Shown here: positions 1 to 8,113 of the stretch, in pieces
Layout: every line of letters begins with the position of its first letter
How positions within the stretch are numbered: position 1 is the stretch's first letter
Source of the DNA: a bacterium
GTDB taxonomy: Bacteria; Krumholzibacteriota; Krumholzibacteriia; G020349025
NCBI GenBank assembly: GCA_031362565.1
Contig: JANLSU010000104.1
Span: forward strand, 1-20,257
DNA: 20,257 bases
Reading direction: 5' to 3'
Position numbers and translations under genes: made by a program
Notes under the pieces: model-generated
Database searches by the model: none
Told to the model about the DNA's origin: nothing
Seen by the model: the letters and a program-made list of their open reading frames with translations, nothing else

Positions 1-605
1 CCCCCAACATCTTTCGTCGGGCTCGAGATGACCGTACCGAGTTCGGCACTCTTCACCAGAATGGTCCCGCGCATCGGTGACTTGACCGACGTGTCTTCCA
101 TTTGGTCGTTGGCGCTCTCGAGATCGCTCGCGGCACGCACCACGTCGGCCTTGGCGGTCGCCCACGCCAAGTTAGACGTCTCGTGCTCAGTCTCGGCGAT
201 GCTCTTGCTCTCGAAGAGCTGGTCGGCGCGGCGCTTCTGCGCTTCGGCATTCTGCAGGCGCGCTTGTGCAACTTCGAGGTTGGCCTTGGCCTGCGCGAGG
301 GTATTGCGCTGCACCCGCGGATCGATACGCGCGAGAAGTTGGCCCTGCTGCACGTCGTCGCCGGTCTGCACTCGCATGTCGATGATCTCGCCCGACGCCT
401 TCGATTTGACGTCGACCGTCAAGACCGGCTCCGCGGTGCCGGATGCCGACACCGAGACCGCCAGATCCTGGCGCGTGACGGGCACCTTTTCGTAAAGGCG
501 GGTCGGTTCTTCCTTCTTACATCCCGCCAGGAGTCCGGTGGCGAGACACGCCGCAATCCCGAGCGACGACGCCAAATGCGTACCGAGGCGGTTGTGATGC
601 TGCAA
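1..605 (-). CDS. Efflux RND/ABC transporter periplasmic adaptor subunit (MacA/HlyD-family membrane fusion protein), probable lipoprotein; 3' end runs off the window
   Basis: Manual translation from TTG at 605 (alternative TTG at 575): MQHHNRLGTHLASSLGIAACLATGLLAGCKKEEP...LAVSVSASGTAEPVLTVDVKSKASGEIIDMRVQTGDDVQQGQLLARID...AQAKANLEVAQARL...VKSPMRGTILVKSAELGTVISS. It has a lipobox (LAGC), both lipoyl half-motifs and a coiled-coil hairpin. Not in the ORF track because there is no stop in the window. Start codon uncertain. Confidence 0.9.
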   Translation of the reverse strand, partial: MQHHNRLGTHLASSLGIAACLATGLLAGCKKEEPTRLYEKVPVTRQDLAVSVSASGTAEPVLTVDVKSKASGEIIDMRVQTGDDVQQGQLLARIDPRVQRNTLAQAKANLEVAQARLQNAEAQKRRADQLFESKSIAETEHETSNLAWATAKADVVRAASDLESANDQMEDTSVKSPMRGTILVKSAELGTVISSPTKDVG

Positions 606-846
606 GGGAGCAGTCCAATCTGGTTGGGCCGGGAACCCCGCCGTCGCGGCGATCCCGTTCCGGTCAAGACGCGGCCGGCCCAGTATATCGGACCCCCCCA
701 CAGCGCGCCAGGCGATGCGCCGTGGCCGCTTTGCTCGCGGCGTTCCGGTGCCAGCGCGTTCGACGGCAAGCGGTAGCGGGATGCCGGGCCGGTGGGCAAT
801 ACTGACCCCGCAGTCGAACCAGATCCCGAGAAAGGACGTGCGCCGC

Positions 847-1731
847 ATGCGGCTTGTCAGCTTTGGTCCGGCCGGCGAGGAACGGCCGGGCGTCTTGCTG
901 GATGACATGCACCTGCTCGACGTGCGGGCTTTGGACCCGAGTCTGCCGGCGAGCTGGCGCGGCATTTTTGCCAACGACTGCCTCGCAGACGTACGGGCGC
1001 TGGTAGCGCGGGTCCGCCCGAGCGAGGTGCAGACAATCGCCGGCATTCGGCTTGGGCCACCCATCCCAGATGCGTCGAAGATCGTCTGCATCGGCTTGAA
1101 TTACGCCGACCACGCGGCCGAGCAGAAGAAGCCGTTGCCGGAGACACCGCTGCTCTTTTCCAAGGCAACGACCGCGCTCGGCGGCGCCGGCGACCCCATC
1201 GTCCTGCCGGCGATCGAGCCGAACGTCGATATCGAGGCCGAACTGGCATTCGTCATCGGGCGTGTCGCGTGCCGCGTCGCTGCTGCGGACGCCTTCGATT
1301 ACATCGCCGGCTACATGTGTTTCAATGACGTTTCGGGTCGCAAGGCGCAATACGACGACAAGCAGTGGTTTCGCGGCAAGAGTTTCGATACCTTCGCACC
1401 GTGCGGACCGTGGCTCGTGACCCGCGATGAGATCACCGATCCGCACGCGCTGGCCATCGGTTCGGTGGTCGACGGCGTTGCCATGCAAGACAGCAATACC
1501 AACCAGCTCGTGCATCGCGTGCCGCAGCTCGTCGAATACATTTCACGCTCGATGACTCTTCTGCCCGGCGACATCGTGGCCACGGGCACGCCGGCGGGGG
1601 TCGGCGTGTTTCGCGATCCACCGGTCTTTCTGCGCGCCGGCCAACGCGTCCGGGTGCACATCGCGGGCCTCGGAAGCCTCGAGAACCCGGTGCGGGCCGC
1701 CGATGACACCAAGCGGCCGAGCCACATCTGA
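847..1731 (+). CDS. Fumarylacetoacetate (FAA) hydrolase family protein
   Basis: Motifs KIVCIGLNYADH, PLLFSK, DIEAELAFVIG, NDVSGR, GKSFDTFAPCGP and GDIVATGTPAGVG. Start set at ATG 847 (MRLVSF) with AAGGA at 832-836. The ORF-track extension from 715 looks non-coding. Confidence 0.93.
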   Translation: MRLVSFGPAGEERPGVLLDDMHLLDVRALDPSLPASWRGIFANDCLADVRALVARVRPSEVQTIAGIRLGPPIPDASKIVCIGLNYADHAAEQKKPLPETPLLFSKATTALGGAGDPIVLPAIEPNVDIEAELAFVIGRVACRVAAADAFDYIAGYMCFNDVSGRKAQYDDKQWFRGKSFDTFAPCGPWLVTRDEITDPHALAIGSVVDGVAMQDSNTNQLVHRVPQLVEYISRSMTLLPGDIVATGTPAGVGVFRDPPVFLRAGQRVRVHIAGLGSLENPVRAADDTKRPSHI

Positions 1732-1748
1732 ACCACCATGGAGGCAAC

Positions 1749-2663
1749 ATGTCCCGCCGCCCCGCCTGGTCATTGCTCACTGCCGCAGTCGTGCTCGGAG
1801 CCGCCGCCGCGGTACTCGCGCAACGCGACTTCTCGACCGTCCAGATCAAGACCGAGAAGCTCAGCGACAACATCTCCATGCTGACGGGCGCCGGCGGCAA
1901 CATCGCGGTGTGTGCCGGGCCCGATGGCGTGCTGTTGGTGGACGACCAATATGCGCCCCTGACCGACAAGATCCGCGCTGCGGTGACCGCGATCAGTGAC
2001 CAGCCGATCCGCTATGTCGTCAACACGCACGTGCATGGCGATCACACCGGCGGCAACGAGAATTTCTCCAAGATGGGTGCACTCCTCGTGGCGCACGACA
2101 ACGTCCGCAAGCGGATGAGCAGCGAGCAATCGGTCGCTGGTTCCGACTCCAAGGCGCCGGCGGCGCCGGCGGCGGCGTTGCCGGTCATCACGTTTTCCGA
2201 TTCCGTAAGCGTGCACGTCAACGGCGACGACCTCTTGGTGACGCATGTGGCGCACGCGCACACTGACGGCGACGCCATCGTGTGGTTCCGCAAAGCCAAC
2301 GTCGTTCACATGGGGGACAACTTTTTCAATGGCATGTACCCGCGCATCGACCTGTCAGCCGGCGGCTCCATCGACGGCATGATCGCGGCGACACAGGGCG
2401 TGCTGGACCGCATCGGACCCGAAACCAGGGTGATCCCCGGCCATGGTCCGCTCGGCGACCGGGCGGCGCTCCTGGGCTTCCACGACATGTTGGTGGGCGT
2501 GCGCGACACGGTTCGCAACGCCGCCAAGGGCGGTAAAACACTCGAGGACGTTCAAAAGGCCAAGCCGACGGCGGCCTGGGACGCCGTTTGGGGCAACGGT
2601 TTCATCAAGCCGGATCAACTCGTGGCGTTTGTATTCGCGACGGTGAACACCGCCAAGCATTGA
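1749..2663 (+). CDS. Secreted MBL-fold metallo-hydrolase (cyclase/glyoxalase II-like)
   Basis: N-terminal signal peptide (…AAAAVLA|QRD), GAGGNI, intact THVHGDH, AHTDGD, HMGD and VIPGHG metal motifs. GGAGG RBS just upstream. Begins 17 bp after the FAA hydrolase stop, so likely an operon. Confidence 0.9.
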   Translation: MSRRPAWSLLTAAVVLGAAAAVLAQRDFSTVQIKTEKLSDNISMLTGAGGNIAVCAGPDGVLLVDDQYAPLTDKIRAAVTAISDQPIRYVVNTHVHGDHTGGNENFSKMGALLVAHDNVRKRMSSEQSVAGSDSKAPAAPAAALPVITFSDSVSVHVNGDDLLVTHVAHAHTDGDAIVWFRKANVVHMGDNFFNGMYPRIDLSAGGSIDGMIAATQGVLDRIGPETRVIPGHGPLGDRAALLGFHDMLVGVRDTVRNAAKGGKTLEDVQKAKPTAAWDAVWGNGFIKPDQLVAFVFATVNTAKH

Positions 2664-2721
2664 CCCCTGGGTCCGGCCGGGCTCGATCAATGCCGGGCGG
2701 GGCCGCCGGGGCCTTGCATCA

Positions 2722-3315
2722 TCAGACACCGCCAAACGGTGGGACGCGTTCCTGGATCCCCGGACTGCGATGCAGCGGCCGTTCGGTCACCCAGTCCGGG
2801 TGCTGTTGGGCAACCCAGCCTACCGTGACGCAGTCCCAGCACACCGGAGCATGCGTCGCGAGCACGGTCGGCAGGTCCGCCATCGGGACGTCTTTCCAGC
2901 GCACCAGGTGGCGGCCGTCGGGATGCACGACCCCTGGCTCGTGCACCTGCCAATCGATCGACTCGATTGCCTTGCCACAGATCGCGCACTCCGTCCCCTC
3001 GTACCAGCGCGCGATCGTCGTCTTCGCCAAACAGTCTTCAGGGGCGGCCTCGATCGCCGCCAAACATTCCTGTCCGCAGCCAGCCTTCTCCGGCCAGCGC
3101 GAACATTGATTCAAACGCACGTTGTGTTCGCCACGGAGGGCCGCCGCCGCCGCCTGCGCCGCATCGACGCGCACCGCCACCGGCGCGTGGTTTTCGGGAC
3201 ACTCCACGATGCGGATGCCGCGCCAACGGAGGCGATTCCGGAGCCACGCACGGCCGACGAATGCAACCGCGGCGACCGCGGCCGCGCTCGCGATCACGAC
3301 AAGAATTGTGTTCAT
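2722..3315 (-). CDS. Hypothetical single-pass membrane protein with 9 cysteines (probable metal-binding)
   Basis: Strong AGGAGG RBS before ATG 3315. N-terminal hydrophobic helix followed by an Arg-rich stop-transfer segment. Cys motifs ECPE, CSRWPE, CGQEC, DC, CAIC and CWDC. 197 aa. Confidence 0.8.
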   Translation of the reverse strand: MNTILVVIASAAAVAAVAFVGRAWLRNRLRWRGIRIVECPENHAPVAVRVDAAQAAAAALRGEHNVRLNQCSRWPEKAGCGQECLAAIEAAPEDCLAKTTIARWYEGTECAICGKAIESIDWQVHEPGVVHPDGRHLVRWKDVPMADLPTVLATHAPVCWDCVTVGWVAQQHPDWVTERPLHRSPGIQERVPPFGGV

Positions 3316-3431
3316 GATGTGCCTCCTTGTCCACCTCAAGCGTCGGTGAAAAGGCAGCACTGCACAAGTGGGTAAACCGGTTCTTCTTGTTGGTGACGAG
3401 ACAAGACGCATGCGTTGATGCGGTCAGCGCA

Positions 3432-3836
3432 CTATAAAACTCCGGAGATCTGTTCCGTGTCAGAACGCACCGGCTGGGCGCGCTCGACATCCACGAACAC
3501 CACATGCTCGAACGGCAGCCGCATGGCGCGTTGGTGGTAGAACTCGCGCACGCGTTCGAATGTCGGCCCGGAGAGCAGCACGCGGGCCATGCCTTTGAAG
3601 CGCCAGCCGGCGCGGGTCGCCGGATCGACGACGTTGATCTCGACCGCCGGGTTGTCGATCAAGTTCCGCACCGTCACCGGCGAGCGAATATCGGCGAACA
3701 CGAGCGTGGCGTCGTCCCACACCGCAAGCGATCCCTTGGGAGAGAGGTTCGGAGTCCCGTCGGCGCAAACGGTCGCCACGAAACCGAACCCCTGCCGCTC
3801 CACGCAACTCTGCATGTCCGCGTCGAGAACGCCCAT
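3432..3836 (-). CDS. Pyridoxamine 5'-phosphate oxidase (PNPOx)-like FMN-binding family protein
   Basis: Motifs GFVATVCADGTPNLSPKGSL, LVFADIRSPVTVRNLIDNPAVEINVVD and GWRFKG are typical of split-barrel PNPOx-like proteins. ATG 3836 lies 5 bp after the upstream stop. 134 aa. Confidence 0.88.
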   Translation of the reverse strand: MGVLDADMQSCVERQGFGFVATVCADGTPNLSPKGSLAVWDDATLVFADIRSPVTVRNLIDNPAVEINVVDPATRAGWRFKGMARVLLSGPTFERVREFYHQRAMRLPFEHVVFVDVERAQPVRSDTEQISGVL

Positions 3837-3841
3837 CGCCG

Positions 3842-4390
3842 TCACTTCCGTGGGTGCTTGTCCTGCATGCCCTGGTTGAATTCCGCCGAGGTGTTGCGGG
3901 CGACGCTGAGCGTTTTCCAGGCCGCCACACGCAGGTGTTTCGCCACGAAGACGATTTGCCCCGCGTGGTAGCCGTAGTGCGTCAGTTGCCGGTGAACGGC
4001 TTGTACCACGGTGTGCGGCTCGCCGCGAATGAGCACCGAACGCAAGACATCGGCGGAGCCGAGCGGCGCCAGGGCATCGAACAGCACTTGCCAGCCCGCT
4101 TCCCAACGCGCCATGAGTGCCGGCCGCGTGTCCTCGGGGCCGATGACGAATTCTGTGTCGCGATTGCGATTCGGCTTCTCGCCGTCCGTCGTCAAGAAGT
4201 CCGTCCAACGTGAATGCAGGTTGCCGGCAACATGTTTGACGTTGATCGCGATGCTGTTCGATTCCGCATCCGGCGCCGTGAAGAATTCGGCGTCACTGAC
4301 TTGCACGATCGCCTTGTCGGCGAGGCCTTTGACGCCGCGAAATTCGCGCCCGGCGTTGGCGAGGAAATGCGCTCCGACTTCTTCCGTCAT
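3842..4390 (-). CDS. DUF1572 / DinB-superfamily protein
   Basis: Motifs SNSIAINVKHVAGNLHSRWTDFLTTDGEKPNRNRDTEF and IRGEPHTVVQAVHRQLTHYGYHAGQIV, with the DinB-type His triad. GGAGG RBS before ATG 4390. 182 aa. Confidence 0.9.
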   Translation of the reverse strand: MTEEVGAHFLANAGREFRGVKGLADKAIVQVSDAEFFTAPDAESNSIAINVKHVAGNLHSRWTDFLTTDGEKPNRNRDTEFVIGPEDTRPALMARWEAGWQVLFDALAPLGSADVLRSVLIRGEPHTVVQAVHRQLTHYGYHAGQIVFVAKHLRVAAWKTLSVARNTSAEFNQGMQDKHPRK

Positions 4391-4741
4391 CCCGAGCCTC
4401 CAAGCAGCAACGCGACGCGGTGGGAAAGCGGCACCGTCGGGGGGAGCCAACCGCACCGCGGCACAGTCCAGCCGGAATTCTAGCCGATTGTTCCGGGCGC
4501 GGTCTGGACCGTTGCGAGGTCCTGCATCGCGTGCCAGGACACTGCAGACGGTACCGATCTGCCCGCTTTCTTCCCGCCGAGCACCGCGGACTGCCCTAGG
4601 CTGCACCGACACCCTGGGTCCCAGACGGACACGCCCCACTTCCGAGTCGTGGCGCGGGCATTCCGGTGGCGGCGGGTCGCGCCACGCTCCAGGCGCCTCC
4701 ACACGCGGTACGACTGGGACGCTCGCGGACGCGGAAGCGGT

Positions 4742-4770
4742 TTGAACCATGCTACGGGGCACCGTATCAT
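4742..4770 (+). promoter_or_regulatory. Putative sigma70-type promoter for glgP
   Basis: TTGAAC (4742-4747), 17-nt spacer, TATCAT (4765-4770), about 150 nt upstream of the glgP start. Confidence 0.5.
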
Positions 4771-4919
4771 CACGGGCCCATCGCGGATCCACGCGCCGGT
4801 TCTGGGTGGGCCCGAGAAGTTCGTCGAATTCGCGCCTTGCCTTACGACAGCGCACTCGCCCGGCGCCCAAGCAAGGCGCCTTGGTGATCCGGTGGATGCC
4901 GACCCAGGAGACTCTCGAC

Positions 4920-6692
4920 ATGCGCATGACTCCCGCCGTGCTGCGATCGAAGATCGTCTACATGTCGATGGAAATCGGCCTGGACCCGCGGGTGCCAACG
5001 TACAGCGGCGGCCTCGGCGTCCTGGCCGGCGACGTGTTGCGCTCGGCCGCCGATCTGCACGTACCCATCGCCGGGCTGACGCTGTTGCACCGCAAGGGAT
5101 ATTTCCGGCAACGGTTGAGCGCAACCGGCGTGCAAACCGAGAGTCCGGTCGAGTGGGACCCGGCGGCCTATCTCGAAGCGCTGCCGATTCCGGTGAAGAT
5201 CACCATCCTCGGCCGCACCGTACTGGTGCGCACCTGGGTGTACGAAGTGCGCGGCGTCACCGGCCACACGATTCCGGTGTATCTGCTCGACACCGACCTG
5301 CCGGAGAACGCGGCGGAAGACCGCTGTCTCACCGATCAGCTGTACGGTGGCGATGAGAAATACCGTTTGCGCCAGGAAGCGGTTCTCGGATTGGGGGGCG
5401 TCGCTCTCATGCACGCGCTCGGCCGCAACTCCGACATGCTCTATCATATGAACGAGGGGCATTCGGCATTGTTGACCCTGGCGCTCCTCGAGCGCCGGGC
5501 GCGGAACGGCGACCTTACGACGCTGACCGATGCCGACGTCGAGGCAGTGCGGTCGCATTGTGTGTTCACCACTCACACGCCGGTGCCGGCGGGCCATGAC
5601 GTGTTCCCGGCCGACGACGTCCGCCTGCTGCTGGGCCCGGAACGGTCGCAGCTTCTCGAGCGGCTCGGTTGCTTGAACGGCGACCTCAACATGACGTCGT
5701 TGGCGCTGTATTTTTCGCGCTATATCAACGGCGTCGCTATGCGCCACGGCGAAGTCTCGCGCGGCATGTTCCCGACGTTTCCGATCGACGCGATCACCAA
5801 CGGTGTCCATGCGTTGACCTGGACTGCCGAGCCGTTTCAGCGCCTCTTCGACCGTTATATGCCGCAGTGGCGGCGCGATAACAACTACCTGCGGTACGTC
5901 TGCGGCGTCCCGCTGGCCGAGATCCGCCAGACGCATGCCGAGTGCAAGCGGTCACTCATCGACGAGGTCGAACGCCGGCGCGGCGTCAAGCTCGACCCGA
6001 ATGCGTTGACGCTGTGTTTTGCGCGCCGCGCGGCGCAGTACAAGCGCGCGCCGCTTCTGTTCACGGATCCGGAGCGCCTGCGCCACATCGCGCGCACCGT
6101 CGGCCCACTGCAAATCCTTTACGCCGGCAAGGCGCACCCGCGTGACGATGGCGGCAAGCTCATCATCCAAGAGATTTTCCGCGCTGCGGAGTCCCTGGCG
6201 GGCGACGTCAAGGTCGTCTACCTCGAGGACTACGACATGACGCTGGCCAGCCATCTCGTCTCCGGCGTCGACCTGTGGCTCAACACACCGCTGCGGCCGC
6301 TCGAAGCCAGCGGCACGAGCGGCATGAAAGCGGCGATGAACGGCGTCCCCTCTCTGTCCGTGCTGGACGGCTGGTGGATCGAGGGCCACTACGAAGGCCA
6401 CACCGGCTGGTCGATCGGCAATGGGACGGAGGACAGCGCGGATTCCAGCGCCGAAATTGCTTCGCTCTACGACAAGCTGGAAAACATCATCGCGCCGCTC
6501 TTCTATCAGCAGCCGGACAAGTACGCCGAAGTGCGGCGGTCGACGATCGCCATCAACGGCGCGTTCTTCAACACCCAGCGCATGCTGCTGCAGTACTTGT
6601 CGAACGCCTACTTCCCGGCCGACGCCAGCGTCGACGCCGGTACGGCACCGGCAACGCGGCCGCACCCGGCTGTCGCCAGGACTTCGGCCTGA
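4920..6692 (+). CDS. glgP: Alpha-glucan (glycogen/maltodextrin) phosphorylase, short-form GT35
   Basis: Motifs YMSMEIGL, TYSGGLGVLAGD, LYGGD, RLRQE, HMNEGH, FTTHTPVPAGHDVF, ITNGVH, FARRAAQYKR, AGKAHP and the PLP site EASGTSGMKAAMNG. AGGAG RBS at 4906-4910 before ATG 4920 (alternative ATG 4926). Confidence 0.96.
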   Translation: MRMTPAVLRSKIVYMSMEIGLDPRVPTYSGGLGVLAGDVLRSAADLHVPIAGLTLLHRKGYFRQRLSATGVQTESPVEWDPAAYLEALPIPVKITILGRTVLVRTWVYEVRGVTGHTIPVYLLDTDLPENAAEDRCLTDQLYGGDEKYRLRQEAVLGLGGVALMHALGRNSDMLYHMNEGHSALLTLALLERRARNGDLTTLTDADVEAVRSHCVFTTHTPVPAGHDVFPADDVRLLLGPERSQLLERLGCLNGDLNMTSLALYFSRYINGVAMRHGEVSRGMFPTFPIDAITNGVHALTWTAEPFQRLFDRYMPQWRRDNNYLRYVCGVPLAEIRQTHAECKRSLIDEVERRRGVKLDPNALTLCFARRAAQYKRAPLLFTDPERLRHIARTVGPLQILYAGKAHPRDDGGKLIIQEIFRAAESLAGDVKVVYLEDYDMTLASHLVSGVDLWLNTPLRPLEASGTSGMKAAMNGVPSLSVLDGWWIEGHYEGHTGWSIGNGTEDSADSSAEIASLYDKLENIIAPLFYQQPDKYAEVRRSTIAINGAFFNTQRMLLQYLSNAYFPADASVDAGTAPATRPHPAVARTSA

Positions 6693-6708
6693 GTGGCAAG
6701 GTGGGCCC

Positions 6709-8061
6709 TCACGCCTTCAGGCGCCGCAGGAATGTGAGCAGGGCGCCCGCGTCGGCGCGCAACATGCGCGGCGCACGCCGGCTGCGTTCGAGCGCCGCCA
6801 GCGGCGGTGGCACCGGCAGCGTCTCGCCGGTCGCCGCAAACACCACATCCAAGAATTTGGCCGGATGCGCCGTCGCGTAGACGACGGCTGGTGCTGCATC
6901 CCCGGTGCGATCACGATAGCGCTGCAGGGCCGCCAAACCCACCGCCGTGTGCGGACACACGAAGAGGCCGTGTTCGAGATACACGCGCCGCATCGTATCC
7001 AGAGTTTCCTGGTCGGAAATACTCTCGGCTGCCACATCGCGCCGCAGCGCGTCCATATCGCCGTCGTAGAGGGCGCGTACCCGTTCGGCGTTACTTGGGT
7101 GCCCGACGTCCATCGCATTGCTTGGCGTCGCAACAGCGGGCTGCGGGCGGAACTTGCCGCTCGCCAGGAACCGCGCGAACACATCGTTGCTATTGACTGC
7201 CGCAAGCACCCGGCCGATAGGGGCGCCCATGCGTTTGGCGAGCAGTGCCGCGGTCAGGTTGCCCAGGTTGCCGGATGGCACGACGAGAGTCGCAAGGCCG
7301 GGCGCGGGCGCCGGACCGCGATGCTTGCCCGGCATGCCGGCGTGTGGCGCGGTCGCGCCGGAATGCACTTCGAGCGCCGCATGCACCGCATAGGTCGTCT
7401 GTGGCAAGAGACGCCCGATGTTGATCGAGTTGGCGGACGTCAGCCCGAGTTCCGCCGACGCGCGACCGTCTGAAAAGGCCGCCCGCACCATGGCCTGGCA
7501 GTCGTCGAACGTGCCGTCGACACACAGGCTGAAAGCGTTTTCCGGCACCGCGGTGAGCTGCAGCTCCTGCAGCGGACTGACGCGTCCGGCCGGATACAAG
7601 AGGACGACTCGGGCGCTCGTGCCCGAAAAGGCCTGCGCGACCGCGGAACCGGTGTCACCGGACGTCGCAACGAGCACCGTGAACGGTTCTTCCGTCGGTC
7701 GCAGCGCCGCCATGGCTTGCGCCATGAAGCGGGCTGCGAAGTCCTTGAACGCGGCCGTCGGCCCGTGAAACAGCTCCGCCACCCAGGTGTCGGCACCCAG
7801 CGACCGCACCGGCACGGGGAAATCGAAGGCGCGCGCGCAAAGCGCTGCGACCACTTCCGGTGCCACATCACCGGCAAGCCACGCCTGCAGCACCGACGTC
7901 GCGCGCTCCGGCCAGGCTGCGCCCCGCAAGTGCGCCAGCGCCAGTTGCGGCACCGACTCGGGCACGAGTAACCCACCGTCGGGCGATTGCCCCACGAAAA
8001 GTGCATCGCGAAACGACGCCACGTGAGTTTGTTTCGATGCGGTGCTGCGATACCCTGCCAT
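6709..8061 (-). CDS. thrC: Threonine synthase
   Basis: Motifs YRST, GQSPDGGLLVP, ELFHGPTAAFKDF (PLP lysine), ATSGDTGSAV, GTFDDCQ, SANSINIGRL, VPSGNLGN, SNAMDV, CPHTAVG and TAHPAKF. Start at ATG 8061; 450 aa. Confidence 0.96.
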   Translation of the reverse strand: MAGYRSTASKQTHVASFRDALFVGQSPDGGLLVPESVPQLALAHLRGAAWPERATSVLQAWLAGDVAPEVVAALCARAFDFPVPVRSLGADTWVAELFHGPTAAFKDFAARFMAQAMAALRPTEEPFTVLVATSGDTGSAVAQAFSGTSARVVLLYPAGRVSPLQELQLTAVPENAFSLCVDGTFDDCQAMVRAAFSDGRASAELGLTSANSINIGRLLPQTTYAVHAALEVHSGATAPHAGMPGKHRGPAPAPGLATLVVPSGNLGNLTAALLAKRMGAPIGRVLAAVNSNDVFARFLASGKFRPQPAVATPSNAMDVGHPSNAERVRALYDGDMDALRRDVAAESISDQETLDTMRRVYLEHGLFVCPHTAVGLAALQRYRDRTGDAAPAVVYATAHPAKFLDVVFAATGETLPVPPPLAALERSRRAPRMLRADAGALLTFLRRLKA

Positions 8062-8067
8062 TGCCGC

Positions 8068-8073
8068 AGAGTA
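8068..8073 (-). promoter_or_regulatory. Putative -10 element (TACTCT) giving a leaderless thrC transcript
   Basis: On the minus strand TACTCT is followed by 6 nt and then the ATG. No Shine-Dalgarno is visible in between. Confidence 0.35.
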
Positions 8074-8113
8074 GCGCCGGGCGCGGTGAATCGCGAGGGG
8101 TTGTTGAAGCGCG

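Noticed and set aside
2152..2177. ggcgccggc tandem repeat in the MBL gene
   Set aside because: It simply encodes an APAAPAAA linker and is too short to be a repeat element.
1749..2663. Possible class B beta-lactamase resistance gene
   Set aside because: It has the Asp-bridged HMGD motif and GAGGN start of the widespread cyclase-like MBL hydrolases, not the B1 Cys ligand. Resistance cannot be claimed from sequence.
2820..2850. Possible c-type heme motif in the Cys-rich protein
   Set aside because: The sequence is CWDCV with no His after the second Cys, and the domain is predicted to be cytoplasmic.
4391..4927. Upstream extensions of the DUF1572 ORF (to 4927) and glgP ORF (from 4749)
   Set aside because: The family-like sequence starts at 4390 and 4920, each with a good RBS, and the extensions run through predicted promoter elements.
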